From Candidatus Latescibacterota bacterium (GTDB taxonomy: Bacteria > Latescibacterota > UBA2968 > GCA-2709665): 64,000 nt of DNA. The notes below the pieces were generated by a model. It was not told the DNA's origin. It searched no databases and was given only the letters and a program-made list of their open reading frames with translations. Positions 9,033-18,366 of this stretch are shown here, piece after piece. The position numbers were made by a program, and so were the translations under genes. How positions within the stretch are numbered: the first letter of the stretch is position 1; every line of letters starts with the position of its first letter. The stretch covers positions 2,720,001 to 2,784,000 of the forward strand of contig OZ244937.1 of NCBI GenBank assembly GCA_965222075.1, given 5' to 3'.

Positions 9033-10217
9033 TTATTCAGCTTGAAATGCGGTTTCGACAGAAAGGGTAGCAAGCGCCTCCCCAACCAGGCGTGCCGCAT
9101 TCCGGATATCCTCGGGGGAGGTGAACCGGCCAAAGCTGAAGCGGATGGAAGCATCGCTTTGTGTTGTCGTCAGGCCGAGTGCGCGAAGTACGTGCGATGG
9201 CTCGGGAATGCCAGACGCGCACGCCGCGCCGGTGGATGCGGCGAGCCGAGGCTGAAGAACGCCAAGGATGTCCTGCGCATCAAAGCCGTCAAAGCAGATG
9301 TTGGCGTTTCCCGGATGGCGCCGATCGCCGATCGTTCCGTTGACGGTGACCGGCGGATTCCCACTTTGGAGCAGACGAACAAATGTGTCGCGTTGGCGAG
9401 CGATCCGTGTGCGTTCCTCGACCGCTTTCTCGTCGGCAATGATCTCGGCAGCCGTTGCCATACCGACGCAAAGCGGCATCGGGACGGTACCGGAACGCAG
9501 ACCGTCTTGCTGCCCGCCACCATAGATCAAGGGCTCGATTGACGCTTTGATATCACGGCGGATGTACAATGCACCGATGCCCTGTGGACCGTACATCTTG
9601 TGCCCTGAAAGGCTGATCAGGTCGGCGTGCGTGGCAAGATCACCCATCTCCATGGCACAAGGCGCTTGCGCTGCATCGCAGTGAAACAGGATGCCGTGAG
9701 GCGCGAGCAGTTCGGCAATCCGCGGGATGTCCTGAATGGTCCCAACTTCATTGTTAACAGCCATTACGGAAAGTAGAAGAGCATCTCCGTCCAGGCGCTT
9801 TTCCAGGGCGTCGAAGTCGATAAATCCCTCCCGGTCCACTCCAATGGTCTCAACGGTGAAACCTTCGCGTTCGGACAACGCGCGCGCTGCCGCTAAGACA
9901 CATTTGTGCTCGATTGCGCTGACCAAAATACGCCGACGGTTGCCCGGCGCGCGGCGTGCAAGGCCGAGCAACGCGAGGTTGTTGGCTTCAGTGGCGCCGG
10001 AGGTGAAGATCACTTCATCGCCGTCGGCGCCTATCAATGCGGCTACGGATGCGGCTGCTTCGCGGACCGCCTTATCGGCTCGCCATCCGAGGACATGATC
10101 AATCGAGTGGGGATTGCCGAACGATCTGCCCCAACAGGGGGCCATCTTTGTCAAGACATGCGGATCAACCGGCGTGGTCGCCTGATAGTCTGCGTAGATG
10201 GTTTCTCGGTTGTCCAT
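9033..10217 (-). CDS. Cysteine desulfurase (IscS/DndA/SspA-like), divergent from the DUF4007 operon
   Basis: YADYQATTP, FTSGATEANN, HCDAAQ, SGHKMYGPQG (PLP Lys), RSGT, STGAACASG (catalytic Cys). Confidence 0.92.
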   Translation of the reverse strand: MDNRETIYADYQATTPVDPHVLTKMAPCWGRSFGNPHSIDHVLGWRADKAVREAAASVAALIGADGDEVIFTSGATEANNLALLGLARRAPGNRRRILVSAIEHKCVLAAARALSEREGFTVETIGVDREGFIDFDALEKRLDGDALLLSVMAVNNEVGTIQDIPRIAELLAPHGILFHCDAAQAPCAMEMGDLATHADLISLSGHKMYGPQGIGALYIRRDIKASIEPLIYGGGQQDGLRSGTVPMPLCVGMATAAEIIADEKAVEERTRIARQRDTFVRLLQSGNPPVTVNGTIGDRRHPGNANICFDGFDAQDILGVLQPRLAASTGAACASGIPEPSHVLRALGLTTTQSDASIRFSFGRFTSPEDIRNAARLVGEALATLSVETAFQAE

Positions 10218-10325
10218 GCTTAGCTCATTTATCATATTTCCAAAATAAAAACAAATACTTATTCCAATAGTATCAGACTTCACCTCTCATTCATATAGCT
10301 ACCGGAGCTTGTCTCCAGTTTGCCA

Positions 10326-10357
10326 TTGACAATACCGAAAAATATCCGTATTGTCAA
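10326..10357. promoter_or_regulatory. Symmetric overlapping divergent promoter / operator palindrome
   Basis: Perfect 10-bp inverted repeat TTGACAATAC-N12-GTATTGTCAA. On each strand TTGACA is followed 17 nt later by TATTGT. Confidence 0.6.
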
Positions 10358-10386
10358 GCTGGACGTTCCATCCAGGCGGAGAGACA

Positions 10387-11352
10387 ATGCTACGAGGCCC
10401 CCTCTACAAAGACGGTTACCAACCGCAGCTATCCGGGCACGAGACGTTTCCGCTCCGATATGGGTGGCTGAAGAAGGCGTTTGATGCGGTGAAGCGGACC
10501 GAAGACGGCACCGACAACCGAGGCGTCTTCACCGGTGACGACGCGATAACCCGTTTCGGCGTTGGCAGAAACATGGTTGCTTCAATACGCCATTGGGCGA
10601 TTGTTTCCGGGGTCATCGAAGAGGTTTCTGGCGAACGACGAATCCGTTGTACGAAATTCGGCGACATGCTATTCGGTGAGGGCAGGCTAGATCCATATAT
10701 GGAGAACCCTGCGACCTCGTGGCACATCCATTGGCGTCTTTGCGGTCGGGCTGAAAAGACGACGTGGTTCTGGGCATTCAACCACTTCCCCGCGCTCTTA
10801 TTCGAACGTGATATGCTGGTCCGAGGCGTCGCCAAGCTGGCAGATGAGAGAGAGTGGACGCGGTCGTCTATGGCTACAATCAGACGCGACGTGTCCTGTT
10901 TTGTGCGCACCTACGTCGCACAGCCTGTGTCGCGGCACGCGAGCTACGAGGACGCTCTCGAATCGCCCCTTACGGAACTCGGTCTTATCAAGCCTATTGG
11001 CCGTCGCGACGGCTTCAGGTTCGTTCGTGGCCCAAAACCGTCGCTTGGCACCGGCGTATTCTCCTGTGCCGTGACCGACTTCTGGTCCCGTTTTTCGAGA
11101 TTTACGAACACCCTATCCTTCGAAGCACTGTCGCACGAGCCCGGCTCACCGGGCAGGGTTTTTCTCCTGGACGAAAATGATCTCGTCGACCTCTTAGGGA
11201 AGATGGAATCTCTTACTGAGGGGATCTACCGGTGGTCAGAGACCGCCGGCCTGAAGCAGTTCATCCAGGAACGCGCACTCACGACCGAGGAAACCTTGAA
11301 CCTGATGGCGGTGGACTACAACGGCTCACATCGGGAGGAGGGGCCTACGTGA
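10387..11352 (+). CDS. DUF4007 family protein (SspB-like)
   Basis: SGHETFPLRYGWLKK, FGVGRNMVASIRHW, DPYMENPATSW, ESPLTELGLI, PGSPGRVFLLDE. Confidence 0.85.
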   Translation: MLRGPLYKDGYQPQLSGHETFPLRYGWLKKAFDAVKRTEDGTDNRGVFTGDDAITRFGVGRNMVASIRHWAIVSGVIEEVSGERRIRCTKFGDMLFGEGRLDPYMENPATSWHIHWRLCGRAEKTTWFWAFNHFPALLFERDMLVRGVAKLADEREWTRSSMATIRRDVSCFVRTYVAQPVSRHASYEDALESPLTELGLIKPIGRRDGFRFVRGPKPSLGTGVFSCAVTDFWSRFSRFTNTLSFEALSHEPGSPGRVFLLDENDLVDLLGKMESLTEGIYRWSETAGLKQFIQERALTTEETLNLMAVDYNGSHREEGPT

Positions 11353-14300
11353 AAGCCTTGGCTGATCGTGTGCAGATAAGCCGTCGCTTCCGGAGGTCTA
11401 TCCGCATCGACACGGACCTCTCTGATCCTACAGCTCTGACGGGTTTCATCTGTCCGCGGTCCTTCGCTGTGGTTCTCGAAAGAATGGCTCAGCAGGTCAG
11501 CCAAACGGGACAGGCTGCGTTCACGTGGACGGGGCCGTATGGTTCTGGCAAGTCCAGCCTCGTGGTTGCCCTCAGTGCGGCTCTGAATGGGAATGGCGAG
11601 CTTAGAAATTCGGCTGCGCAGATCCTCGGTGCCCAAACAGCGGAGGCCATCTGGACTGCCTTGCCTCCCCGAACGAAGGGTTGGCGTGTCCTGCCCGTCG
11701 TGGGGAGACGTGATCGACCCGCCCAAGTGGTCGGTGAGGCGATCGCGCGTGCCCGCCTCGTTCGGAATAGCCGGGTTGAGCCGTGGAGCGACAAGGCTGT
11801 CTATGACGTCCTATTGAAGGTCGCCCAAAGGACTCCCCGCACGTTCGGTGGTCTTGTCGTGTTCATCGACGAAATGGGGAAGTTGCTGGAAGGGGCCGCT
11901 TACGAGGGCACGGACATCTACTTCTTCCAGGAATTGGCGGAGATTGCCTCGCGCAGCAACAATCGGCTGATCGTCGTCGGGATTCTGCACCAAGCGTTTG
12001 AAGAGTACGCAAACCGGCTCTCACGTGAGGTGCGGGATGAGTGGGCAAAGGTCCAAGGGCGATTTATAGACTTACCGATCAATGTTGGGCCTGACGAGCA
12101 GCTGGAGCTCTTGGGACGGGCGATAGAGAGCGATCGAAAGCCTCGAAAGCCCAGTCGACTGGTCGAGGAGGTCGCCGCCCTTGCCCACAACAGCATCTCT
12201 CCCAAAAAGCTACAGAAATGCTGGCCGTTGCACCCTATCGTGGCTTGCTTGCTCGGTCCCATCTCCCGGCGGAGTTTCGGCCAGAATCAGCGCAGCATCT
12301 TCGGCTTTCTGAACTCGACAGAGCTGTTCGGATTCCAGGACTTCCTGAGAACTGCCACTGAGCGCGATCTGTACACACCCGAGCTGCTTTGGGATTACCT
12401 GCGGGTCAACCTGGAACCTTCCATTATGGCTTCTCCGGACGGCCACCGATGGGCGATGGCTGTGGATGCCCTGGATCGATGTCACGGGTCAGGCGGTGAT
12501 GAACTACAGATTCGATTGCTCAAGACGATCGGCCTGGTCGATCTGTTCCGAGAACGATCGGGTCTGGTGCCGAGTCTGGAACTTCTGATTCTGGCCCTTT
12601 GCGATCACAAAACTCCAGACATTCAGAAGGCCTTGGGGAAACTCAAGGACGCCTCGCTGGCGATCTACCGAAAGTTCAGCAATGGATACAGCATCTTCGA
12701 AGGAAGCGACTTTGATATCCGGCGATCGGTGGACGAGGCGTATGGAGAGATCGACCGGATCGACTACGTCCGCCTTTCGGCTCTGGCCGGACTTCAGCCG
12801 GTGATTGCCAAGCGACACTACCACGAAACGGGTGCTATCCGATGGTTCGATACCACAGTCGTTCCGTTGCGGGATCTGGAGGATGTCGCGGCCAACCGTG
12901 AGCTTAAGAATGGTGCAATCGGGTCCTTTTTTCTCGTGCTGCCCACGCCGGGCGATTCCCCCGAGACCGTCGAGCGAATTGCGGACCGCGCCGTGAGAGG
13001 AGCCGAGGGCGGCGACATCATCGTGGGCATTCCCCAACGTTCAACGTGGACGATCCTGACTTTGGCTCGAGAGCTGTTGGCCCTGGAGCATGTCCGGGAC
13101 AACACGCCCGAGCTTCGAGGGGACCGTGTCGGGCGCCGTGAAGTTGAAGACAGCATCGCAGACCTGCAGAGCCACATCGAGGTTGAACTGGACCGAGCCC
13201 TGGAGAATGCCCTATGGCGCGGCAAGGAACTTGAGGCACAGCGACTTGATCCGGCTGAACTGAACAGTCTCGTTTCTGATTTCGCGAACGCCCGATTCAA
13301 CAAAGCTCCTAAACTGCACAATGAACTGTTGAATCGAATCAAACCGTCCAGCAACGCGATCGCTGCACAGAATCTCCTTCTTCGACGTATGGCCCTCAAT
13401 GAAGGCGAAGAGCGTCTTGGCATCAAAGGCTTCCCGGCAGAGGGTGGCCTGTTCGCCTCGCTGCTGGAGGCCAGCGGCCTGTATCGCCGTTCGCCAGAGG
13501 GATGGCGATTTGTTGCGCCCACGCATGGTGATGACCCGTGCAACCTGGTACCCGCTTGGGAGGAGGCGGCGCAGTTCCTGGAAGCCGAATCCCACAGATC
13601 CGTATCGATTGCAGAAATTTACGATCTCTGGCGACAAGCTCCGTTCGGCATCAAGAACGGATTGCTGCCTATTCTGGCCTTCACGTTCACGCTCTCCAAA
13701 CGCGACGTCCTCGCGTTCTACCGGCAGGGCGTCTTCCAGGCTCGTTTTACAGATCTGGACACGGACCTTTTGGCCAAAAACCCAACTGACATCCAGGTTA
13801 GATGGATGGATTTGTCAGAGGTGTCGCGCTGGCTGCTTTCGGATATGGCAGATATCGTGCGGGATCTGGACGAAGAGAACACGCTGCCGAACCTGGAACC
13901 GATTGACATCGCGAGAGGGCTCGTGGCGATCTATGACCGGCTACCGCCGTGGGTCGGTCGGACGCAGCGCCTTTCGGCCAATGCCAAGCACATTCGACAG
14001 CTCCTGAAGCAAGCCAACGACCCAAATCGGTTGATCTTCGACGACATCCCCCACCTGCCTGCGCCGAGTTCTGCTCGGCAGGCAGGGGTGCTGAACGATG
14101 TTCAAGGTGTTGACGATGAGAAAGCTACCCGGCAGGTTGCAGGCCGGGTTCGCGAGGGCTTGACTGAGTTGCGGCAGGCCTATCCCACGATGCTCAACCG
14201 CATGCGGGAGACGATGCTCGCGGAACTGCAAGTGCCGAATGCCTCGCCATCGATGCTGGCCGAGTTGCGTGCGCGCGCCGACAACATCCGCGAGCTTGGC

Positions 14301-14777
14301 GGTGATCATCGCCTGGAGGCTTTTATCATTCGCCTTGCGCGGTTTGAAGGAAGCGACGAGGACATGGAGGGGTTGGCGGGCATGGCTGTCAACAAGCCCC
14401 CGCGGGATTGGGTTGATCCGGATATCGATCGCGCGGTGGTGGAGCTTGCCGGGATGGCCCAACGGTTTATTCGCGCCGAAGCGTTCGCCCGCGTCAAAGG
14501 CCGCCAGGACAAGCGGCACGCCATGGCCGTGATCGTCGGCATGGGCGGGCAGCCGAAGCTGGTCCATGACGAGTTCGAGATCACTGATCTGGATCAGCCT
14601 GCGGTAAGAGCGCTGATTGACCGCGTGGACAGGACACTGCGAAACAACGGTCAAGAGCGACGAAATATCATTCTTGCCGCCCTGGCCGAGTTGAGTGCTC
14701 AGTATCTGAATTCCGCCAGTACCACGAAACCGAAGGCATGTGCGAGGGGAGGGCAGGTAGGTGAACCAGGCGATTAG
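11349..14777 (+). CDS. Large P-loop ATPase (SspC/BrxC-like)
   Basis: Walker A GPYGSGKSS, Walker B VVFIDEMGK, EWAKVQGRF, WPLHP, FGQNQRSIFGFL. GTG start overlaps the DUF4007 stop. Confidence 0.85.
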   Translation: MKALADRVQISRRFRRSIRIDTDLSDPTALTGFICPRSFAVVLERMAQQVSQTGQAAFTWTGPYGSGKSSLVVALSAALNGNGELRNSAAQILGAQTAEAIWTALPPRTKGWRVLPVVGRRDRPAQVVGEAIARARLVRNSRVEPWSDKAVYDVLLKVAQRTPRTFGGLVVFIDEMGKLLEGAAYEGTDIYFFQELAEIASRSNNRLIVVGILHQAFEEYANRLSREVRDEWAKVQGRFIDLPINVGPDEQLELLGRAIESDRKPRKPSRLVEEVAALAHNSISPKKLQKCWPLHPIVACLLGPISRRSFGQNQRSIFGFLNSTELFGFQDFLRTATERDLYTPELLWDYLRVNLEPSIMASPDGHRWAMAVDALDRCHGSGGDELQIRLLKTIGLVDLFRERSGLVPSLELLILALCDHKTPDIQKALGKLKDASLAIYRKFSNGYSIFEGSDFDIRRSVDEAYGEIDRIDYVRLSALAGLQPVIAKRHYHETGAIRWFDTTVVPLRDLEDVAANRELKNGAIGSFFLVLPTPGDSPETVERIADRAVRGAEGGDIIVGIPQRSTWTILTLARELLALEHVRDNTPELRGDRVGRREVEDSIADLQSHIEVELDRALENALWRGKELEAQRLDPAELNSLVSDFANARFNKAPKLHNELLNRIKPSSNAIAAQNLLLRRMALNEGEERLGIKGFPAEGGLFASLLEASGLYRRSPEGWRFVAPTHGDDPCNLVPAWEEAAQFLEAESHRSVSIAEIYDLWRQAPFGIKNGLLPILAFTFTLSKRDVLAFYRQGVFQARFTDLDTDLLAKNPTDIQVRWMDLSEVSRWLLSDMADIVRDLDEENTLPNLEPIDIARGLVAIYDRLPPWVGRTQRLSANAKHIRQLLKQANDPNRLIFDDIPHLPAPSSARQAGVLNDVQGVDDEKATRQVAGRVREGLTELRQAYPTMLNRMRETMLAELQVPNASPSMLAELRARADNIRELGGDHRLEAFIIRLARFEGSDEDMEGLAGMAVNKPPRDWVDPDIDRAVVELAGMAQRFIRAEAFARVKGRQDKRHAMAVIVGMGGQPKLVHDEFEITDLDQPAVRALIDRVDRTLRNNGQERRNIILAALAELSAQYLNSASTTKPKACARGGQVGEPGD
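14054..14086. repeat. 33-bp palindromic mini-element inserted in-frame in the ATPase gene
   Basis: CCTGCCTGCGCCGAGTTCTGCTCGGCAGGCAGG. It encodes the LPAPSSARQAG segment, and removal gives DIPQVL in frame. Confidence 0.75.
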
Positions 14778-15595
14778 AGAAATGCACGTTCTGGGCCTGT
14801 CGGGCGGTCGCGACAGTGCGGCGTTAGCCGTGTACATGCGGCAGAACTATCCCGAGCTGGATATCGACTATTTCTTCACCGATACCGGCAAGGAACTGCC
14901 GGAGGTCTACGAGTTTCTGGTCAAGCTCGAAGGATTTCTGGGTAAGCCCATCGTGCGGCTGAATCCCGATCGTGACTTTGACTTTTGGCTGAAGCAGTAC
15001 AACAACTTCCTGCCGTCGCCGCAGGCACGCTGGTGCACGCGACAGCTCAAGCTCCGCCCTTTCGAACAGTGGATCCGGCCAACTCTTGACAGTGGCGTAA
15101 CCGTTTATAGCTACGTCGCCATTCGGGCGGACGAGGAGTACCGCGAAGGCTATTCGTCCAAACACGACGCTCTTGTCGTGCGGCTTCCGTTCAAAGATGC
15201 CGGCATCGATAAGGCAGGGGTGCTGGAGATTCTGGAGGGTGCGGGATTGGGGCTGCCGAGATACTACGAGTGGCGCACTCGAAGCGGCTGCACCTTTTGC
15301 TTCTTCCAGCAGAAGATCGAATGGGTGCGGCTGATGGAGCAGCATCCCGAATATTTCGAGGAGGCCAAGCGCTACGAGAAGAACGCCGTCGAGCACGGCT
15401 CGCCGTTCACGTGGAGTCAGGGAGAGTCATTAGACGACCTTTCCAAACCTGACAGGGTGGCACAGATCAGAGCAGAGTCGCTTGGAGCGCGCGCGCGCCA
15501 AGCACCATCCTAATCCTCTCCGGCCCGATATGGAGCCTATCGACGTTGATGACCTCTACGGACAGGCGAAGGTCTGTCTGGCGTGTCACAAGTAA
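14761..15595 (+). pseudogene. PAPS reductase family protein (SspD/DndC-like), frameshifted near 15477
   Basis: LSGGRDS PP-loop, DTGKELPE, RWCTRQLK, RSGCTFCFFQ. The ORF stops at 15513, but the +1 frame continues RLERARAK..PNPLRP..DDLYGQAKVCLACHK* to 15595. Confidence 0.75.
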
Positions 15596-15611
15596 AATCT
15601 TAGAAGCCGTT

Positions 15612-16454
15612 TTAAAATTCAGATTTGGGAGCGAGTCTCTTGATCAAAAGGTGAATCATCGCAATGTAAATGAGCGCTTCACTATTTTGTGTCAAGACTT
15701 CATAATCCTTGGAAAGACGTCGAAAATTCAACAACCAAGCAAAAGTGCGCTCAACCACCCAGCGCCATTTCATCACCTCAAACCCCTTGCTTTCTCGTTG
15801 GACTACTTCCAAGTCAATTTTGTGAGTCTGCTTCAAACTTGAAACCCACGCCTTCAAAGCGTCACCGCGATATCCCCCATCGACCCATAGCTTGCGAAGA
15901 CGCCGCAGGCCATCAGCAAAATAACGTTTGAGCAACTCCATCAGCCCGTCCCGATCGGCCAAGTCAGCAGCAGATACAAACACACAGATTGGCAGGCCGA
16001 GGGTATCTACAAGGAGATGACGCTTGCGGCCATTGACTTTCTTTCCAGCATCGTAACCTTTTATTTTCCCTTGTGTTGCTGTCTTAATGCTTTGAGAGTC
16101 TATACTGCCTGCTGAAGCGGTAGGCTTGCGACCCTGACTGCGTCGCTCCCTTCTATGGAGTGCCTGTTGGATCTTTTGGAAGATGCCTTGTTTGCTCCAC
16201 CTGTTGAAATACCCACCTGCCTGTGCGTCGCACGCAGACAGGTACACGGTTTGCCAGCATCCAAAAGCTCTGGGCAGCATGCGCCATTGGCACCCTGTCT
16301 TGGTCAGATACAGGATGCCGTTGAACACCTGGCGTAGATTGACCGGTGGGCGACCACGACAGCCGAAACGCCATTTGGGTTTGGGCAGCAGCGTGAGGAG
16401 AAGTTGCCATTGCGTTTCGATCAAATTTGTTGGATATTGCCTTTGCGTATTCAT
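15612..16454 (-). CDS. IS5 family transposase
   Basis: TGCQWRMLP, IDSQSIKT, GYDAGKKVNGRKRHLLVDTLG, VDGGY, RWVVERTFAWL..RRLSKDYE. Confidence 0.93.
   Translation of the reverse strand: MNTQRQYPTNLIETQWQLLLTLLPKPKWRFGCRGRPPVNLRQVFNGILYLTKTGCQWRMLPRAFGCWQTVYLSACDAQAGGYFNRWSKQGIFQKIQQALHRRERRSQGRKPTASAGSIDSQSIKTATQGKIKGYDAGKKVNGRKRHLLVDTLGLPICVFVSAADLADRDGLMELLKRYFADGLRRLRKLWVDGGYRGDALKAWVSSLKQTHKIDLEVVQRESKGFEVMKWRWVVERTFAWLLNFRRLSKDYEVLTQNSEALIYIAMIHLLIKRLAPKSEF
16216..16242. repeat. 27-bp palindromic mini-element inserted in-frame in the IS5 transposase
   Basis: CCTGCCTGTGCGTCGCACGCAGACAGG. Removal converts WQTVYLSACDAQAGGYFNRW to the typical WQTVYGYFNRW. Confidence 0.8.
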
Positions 16455-16573
16455 CTTTATCCTTTCGTTTCAGGTGGTTTTGGACAACCTGAATTTGGAT
16501 AGATGAATACGCAATTTCAACTTTTTTCTTTACGCCTCTACCTTTTTAAAACAGCTTCTTAGAGTACAGACGA

Positions 16574-17095
16574 TTGAAACTCGACTCCTTGATAGATTTC
16601 GCCAACGAGGCGACTCAAGAAGTGGCCAAGTATACGGTTTCCGTGACGTTGTCTCCAGCGGAAATGTTAAAGGGCGGATATATCGTTTCGTCCCTTGCTT
16701 GGGACTCAATCAGTTACGGTGGGACAGAGATAGAGAAAGTTCCGAACGACAAACGAGGCGTTTATGCCTTTGCTATCTGTCAACAGAGTGCCGTGTTGCC
16801 GCCGCACGGATACATACTTTACATAGGAATTGCGGGGCGAAATTCGCAGCGTCCTCTCAGAGAACGTTATAGGGACTATCTCAACGAGAAGAAAGTTATC
16901 AGACGCGACAGAATCGCTCGAATGATCGGCACATGGCACAAAGTGCTGCGTTTTTTCTTCGCTCCCGTGGATGATGATGTTTCCTCCGATGAGCTTGTGG
17001 CACTTGAAAAGCAGCTTAATACTGCATTAATGCCGCCGTTTTCGGAAGGAGACCTTACGGCAGACATTAAGCGCAAACGGAAAGCATTTAGGTGA
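16574..17095 (+). CDS. GIY-YIG-like nuclease
   Basis: RGVYAF...ILYIGIAG...LRERYRDY...LEKQL..PPFS pattern. Start codon uncertain (TTG next to the IS end). Confidence 0.65.
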   Translation: MKLDSLIDFANEATQEVAKYTVSVTLSPAEMLKGGYIVSSLAWDSISYGGTEIEKVPNDKRGVYAFAICQQSAVLPPHGYILYIGIAGRNSQRPLRERYRDYLNEKKVIRRDRIARMIGTWHKVLRFFFAPVDDDVSSDELVALEKQLNTALMPPFSEGDLTADIKRKRKAFR

Positions 17096-18348
17096 GAGAA
17101 AAAAAGCTTGAGGAGCTTATCCTGCCTGCCCTTCGTGGTTTGATGGGTGATTGGGTCTACTACTCCTGCCTGATGGATCTAGGAGAGTTGAGTTCAAGAG
17201 TCCATTACGCAGAGGAAATTCATGAGAGTAAGGCTCTCTCTGACATGATACAGCGACGGCTAAGAAAGGGCCGAAGTGCACAGATTGCAGAGTATCTAAA
17301 AACGCAGCCGGAGCGATTTTTTAACTCTCTCGTCGTTGCTACATACGGTGGACAACCCAACTGGTATGCATTATCGGATGTTCGGAATAAGACGCAAAGC
17401 GATGACCTCCGGAACTTGACTGAAGATACTGTTGCTTCGGTCGGATTTCTAACTCTTAGGGGAGACGAGAACCTTTTCGCGCTAGACGGGCAACACCGGC
17501 TCGCGGGTATCAAGAAGGCCCTCAAAGATGGACTGGAGCATGACCCTTACGATGTAGTATCCGTTATCTTTGTGGCTCACAACGTAGAGGAAGGCCTAGA
17601 GCGGACACGAAGGCTCTTTACAACACTGAACAAGACTGCTAGACCTGTATCAAAGGGCGACATCATTGCGCTGGACGAAGATGATGTCATGGCGATCTGT
17701 GTTCGCCGGCTTATCGAAGACACGGATCTGTTCGTAGGTGATCGCATAGCGTTCGTCGCAAGTAACAATATGCCAGTAACAAACACCACAAGCCTGACAA
17801 CGATTGGTAACTTGTATGATCTGCTAGCCGTCCTTTTCAGTCGCGCTGTCTCTAACCTAAAGCGTAGTAAGTCTAAGCTGCAGAAGACGCGTCCTGATGA
17901 CACAGAGTTGGAGGAGTACTTCAAGTATGCAAACGAACTGTTTGTTCAGTTAAAGGCACATTTTGAAGAGTTAGATAGATTCTTCTCTGCTGAGAAAACA
18001 GAAGATGTTGTGAGCGAGCTACGTAGTAGCCGCGGGGGTAACGCTCTGTTCCGCCCTATCGGCTTGGAGATTTTCGTTAGAATCATAGCACAGTTGACAA
18101 ACGACATGTCTCTGCCTGAGGCTGTGCAACACGCCGCTAAATTGCCAAGGAGTCTGAACGAAGCGCCATATAAAGGGCTTATGTGGGACGCAAGCAATAG
18201 AGCGATTCTAAACTCCCATAAGGTCACACTAAGGGAGACCCTCTTGTATATGCTTGGCAGGTCAGGATTTTCCGAAGAAGAGCTTCTAGAAAGGTATCGC
18301 AAAGAAACAGGTGACCAGTCATTAATGCTGCCTGCGAAGGTTGTATGA
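17092..18348 (+). CDS. DGQHR-domain (DndB-like) protein
   Basis: IQRRL, RFFNSLVV, ALDGQHRLAGI, RRLFTTLNKTARPV. GTG start overlaps the upstream stop. Confidence 0.85.
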   Translation: MREKKLEELILPALRGLMGDWVYYSCLMDLGELSSRVHYAEEIHESKALSDMIQRRLRKGRSAQIAEYLKTQPERFFNSLVVATYGGQPNWYALSDVRNKTQSDDLRNLTEDTVASVGFLTLRGDENLFALDGQHRLAGIKKALKDGLEHDPYDVVSVIFVAHNVEEGLERTRRLFTTLNKTARPVSKGDIIALDEDDVMAICVRRLIEDTDLFVGDRIAFVASNNMPVTNTTSLTTIGNLYDLLAVLFSRAVSNLKRSKSKLQKTRPDDTELEEYFKYANELFVQLKAHFEELDRFFSAEKTEDVVSELRSSRGGNALFRPIGLEIFVRIIAQLTNDMSLPEAVQHAAKLPRSLNEAPYKGLMWDASNRAILNSHKVTLRETLLYMLGRSGFSEEELLERYRKETGDQSLMLPAKVV

Positions 18349-18366
18349 ACTTAGGAAGTTTGCATT

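Larger units (their letters stand above)
15603..16558 (-). mobile_element. IS5-family insertion sequence (IS1031-like)
   Basis: Terminal IRs GAAGCCGTTTTAAAA / TTTTAAAACAGCTTC, flanked by a TTA direct repeat (15600-15602, 16559-16561). Confidence 0.9.

Noticed and set aside
9033-15595. Assignment as BREX type 4 or classical DndABCDE
   Set aside because: No PglZ or BrxL and no DndD/DndE-like genes are visible. The gene set fits an SspABCD-like module better.
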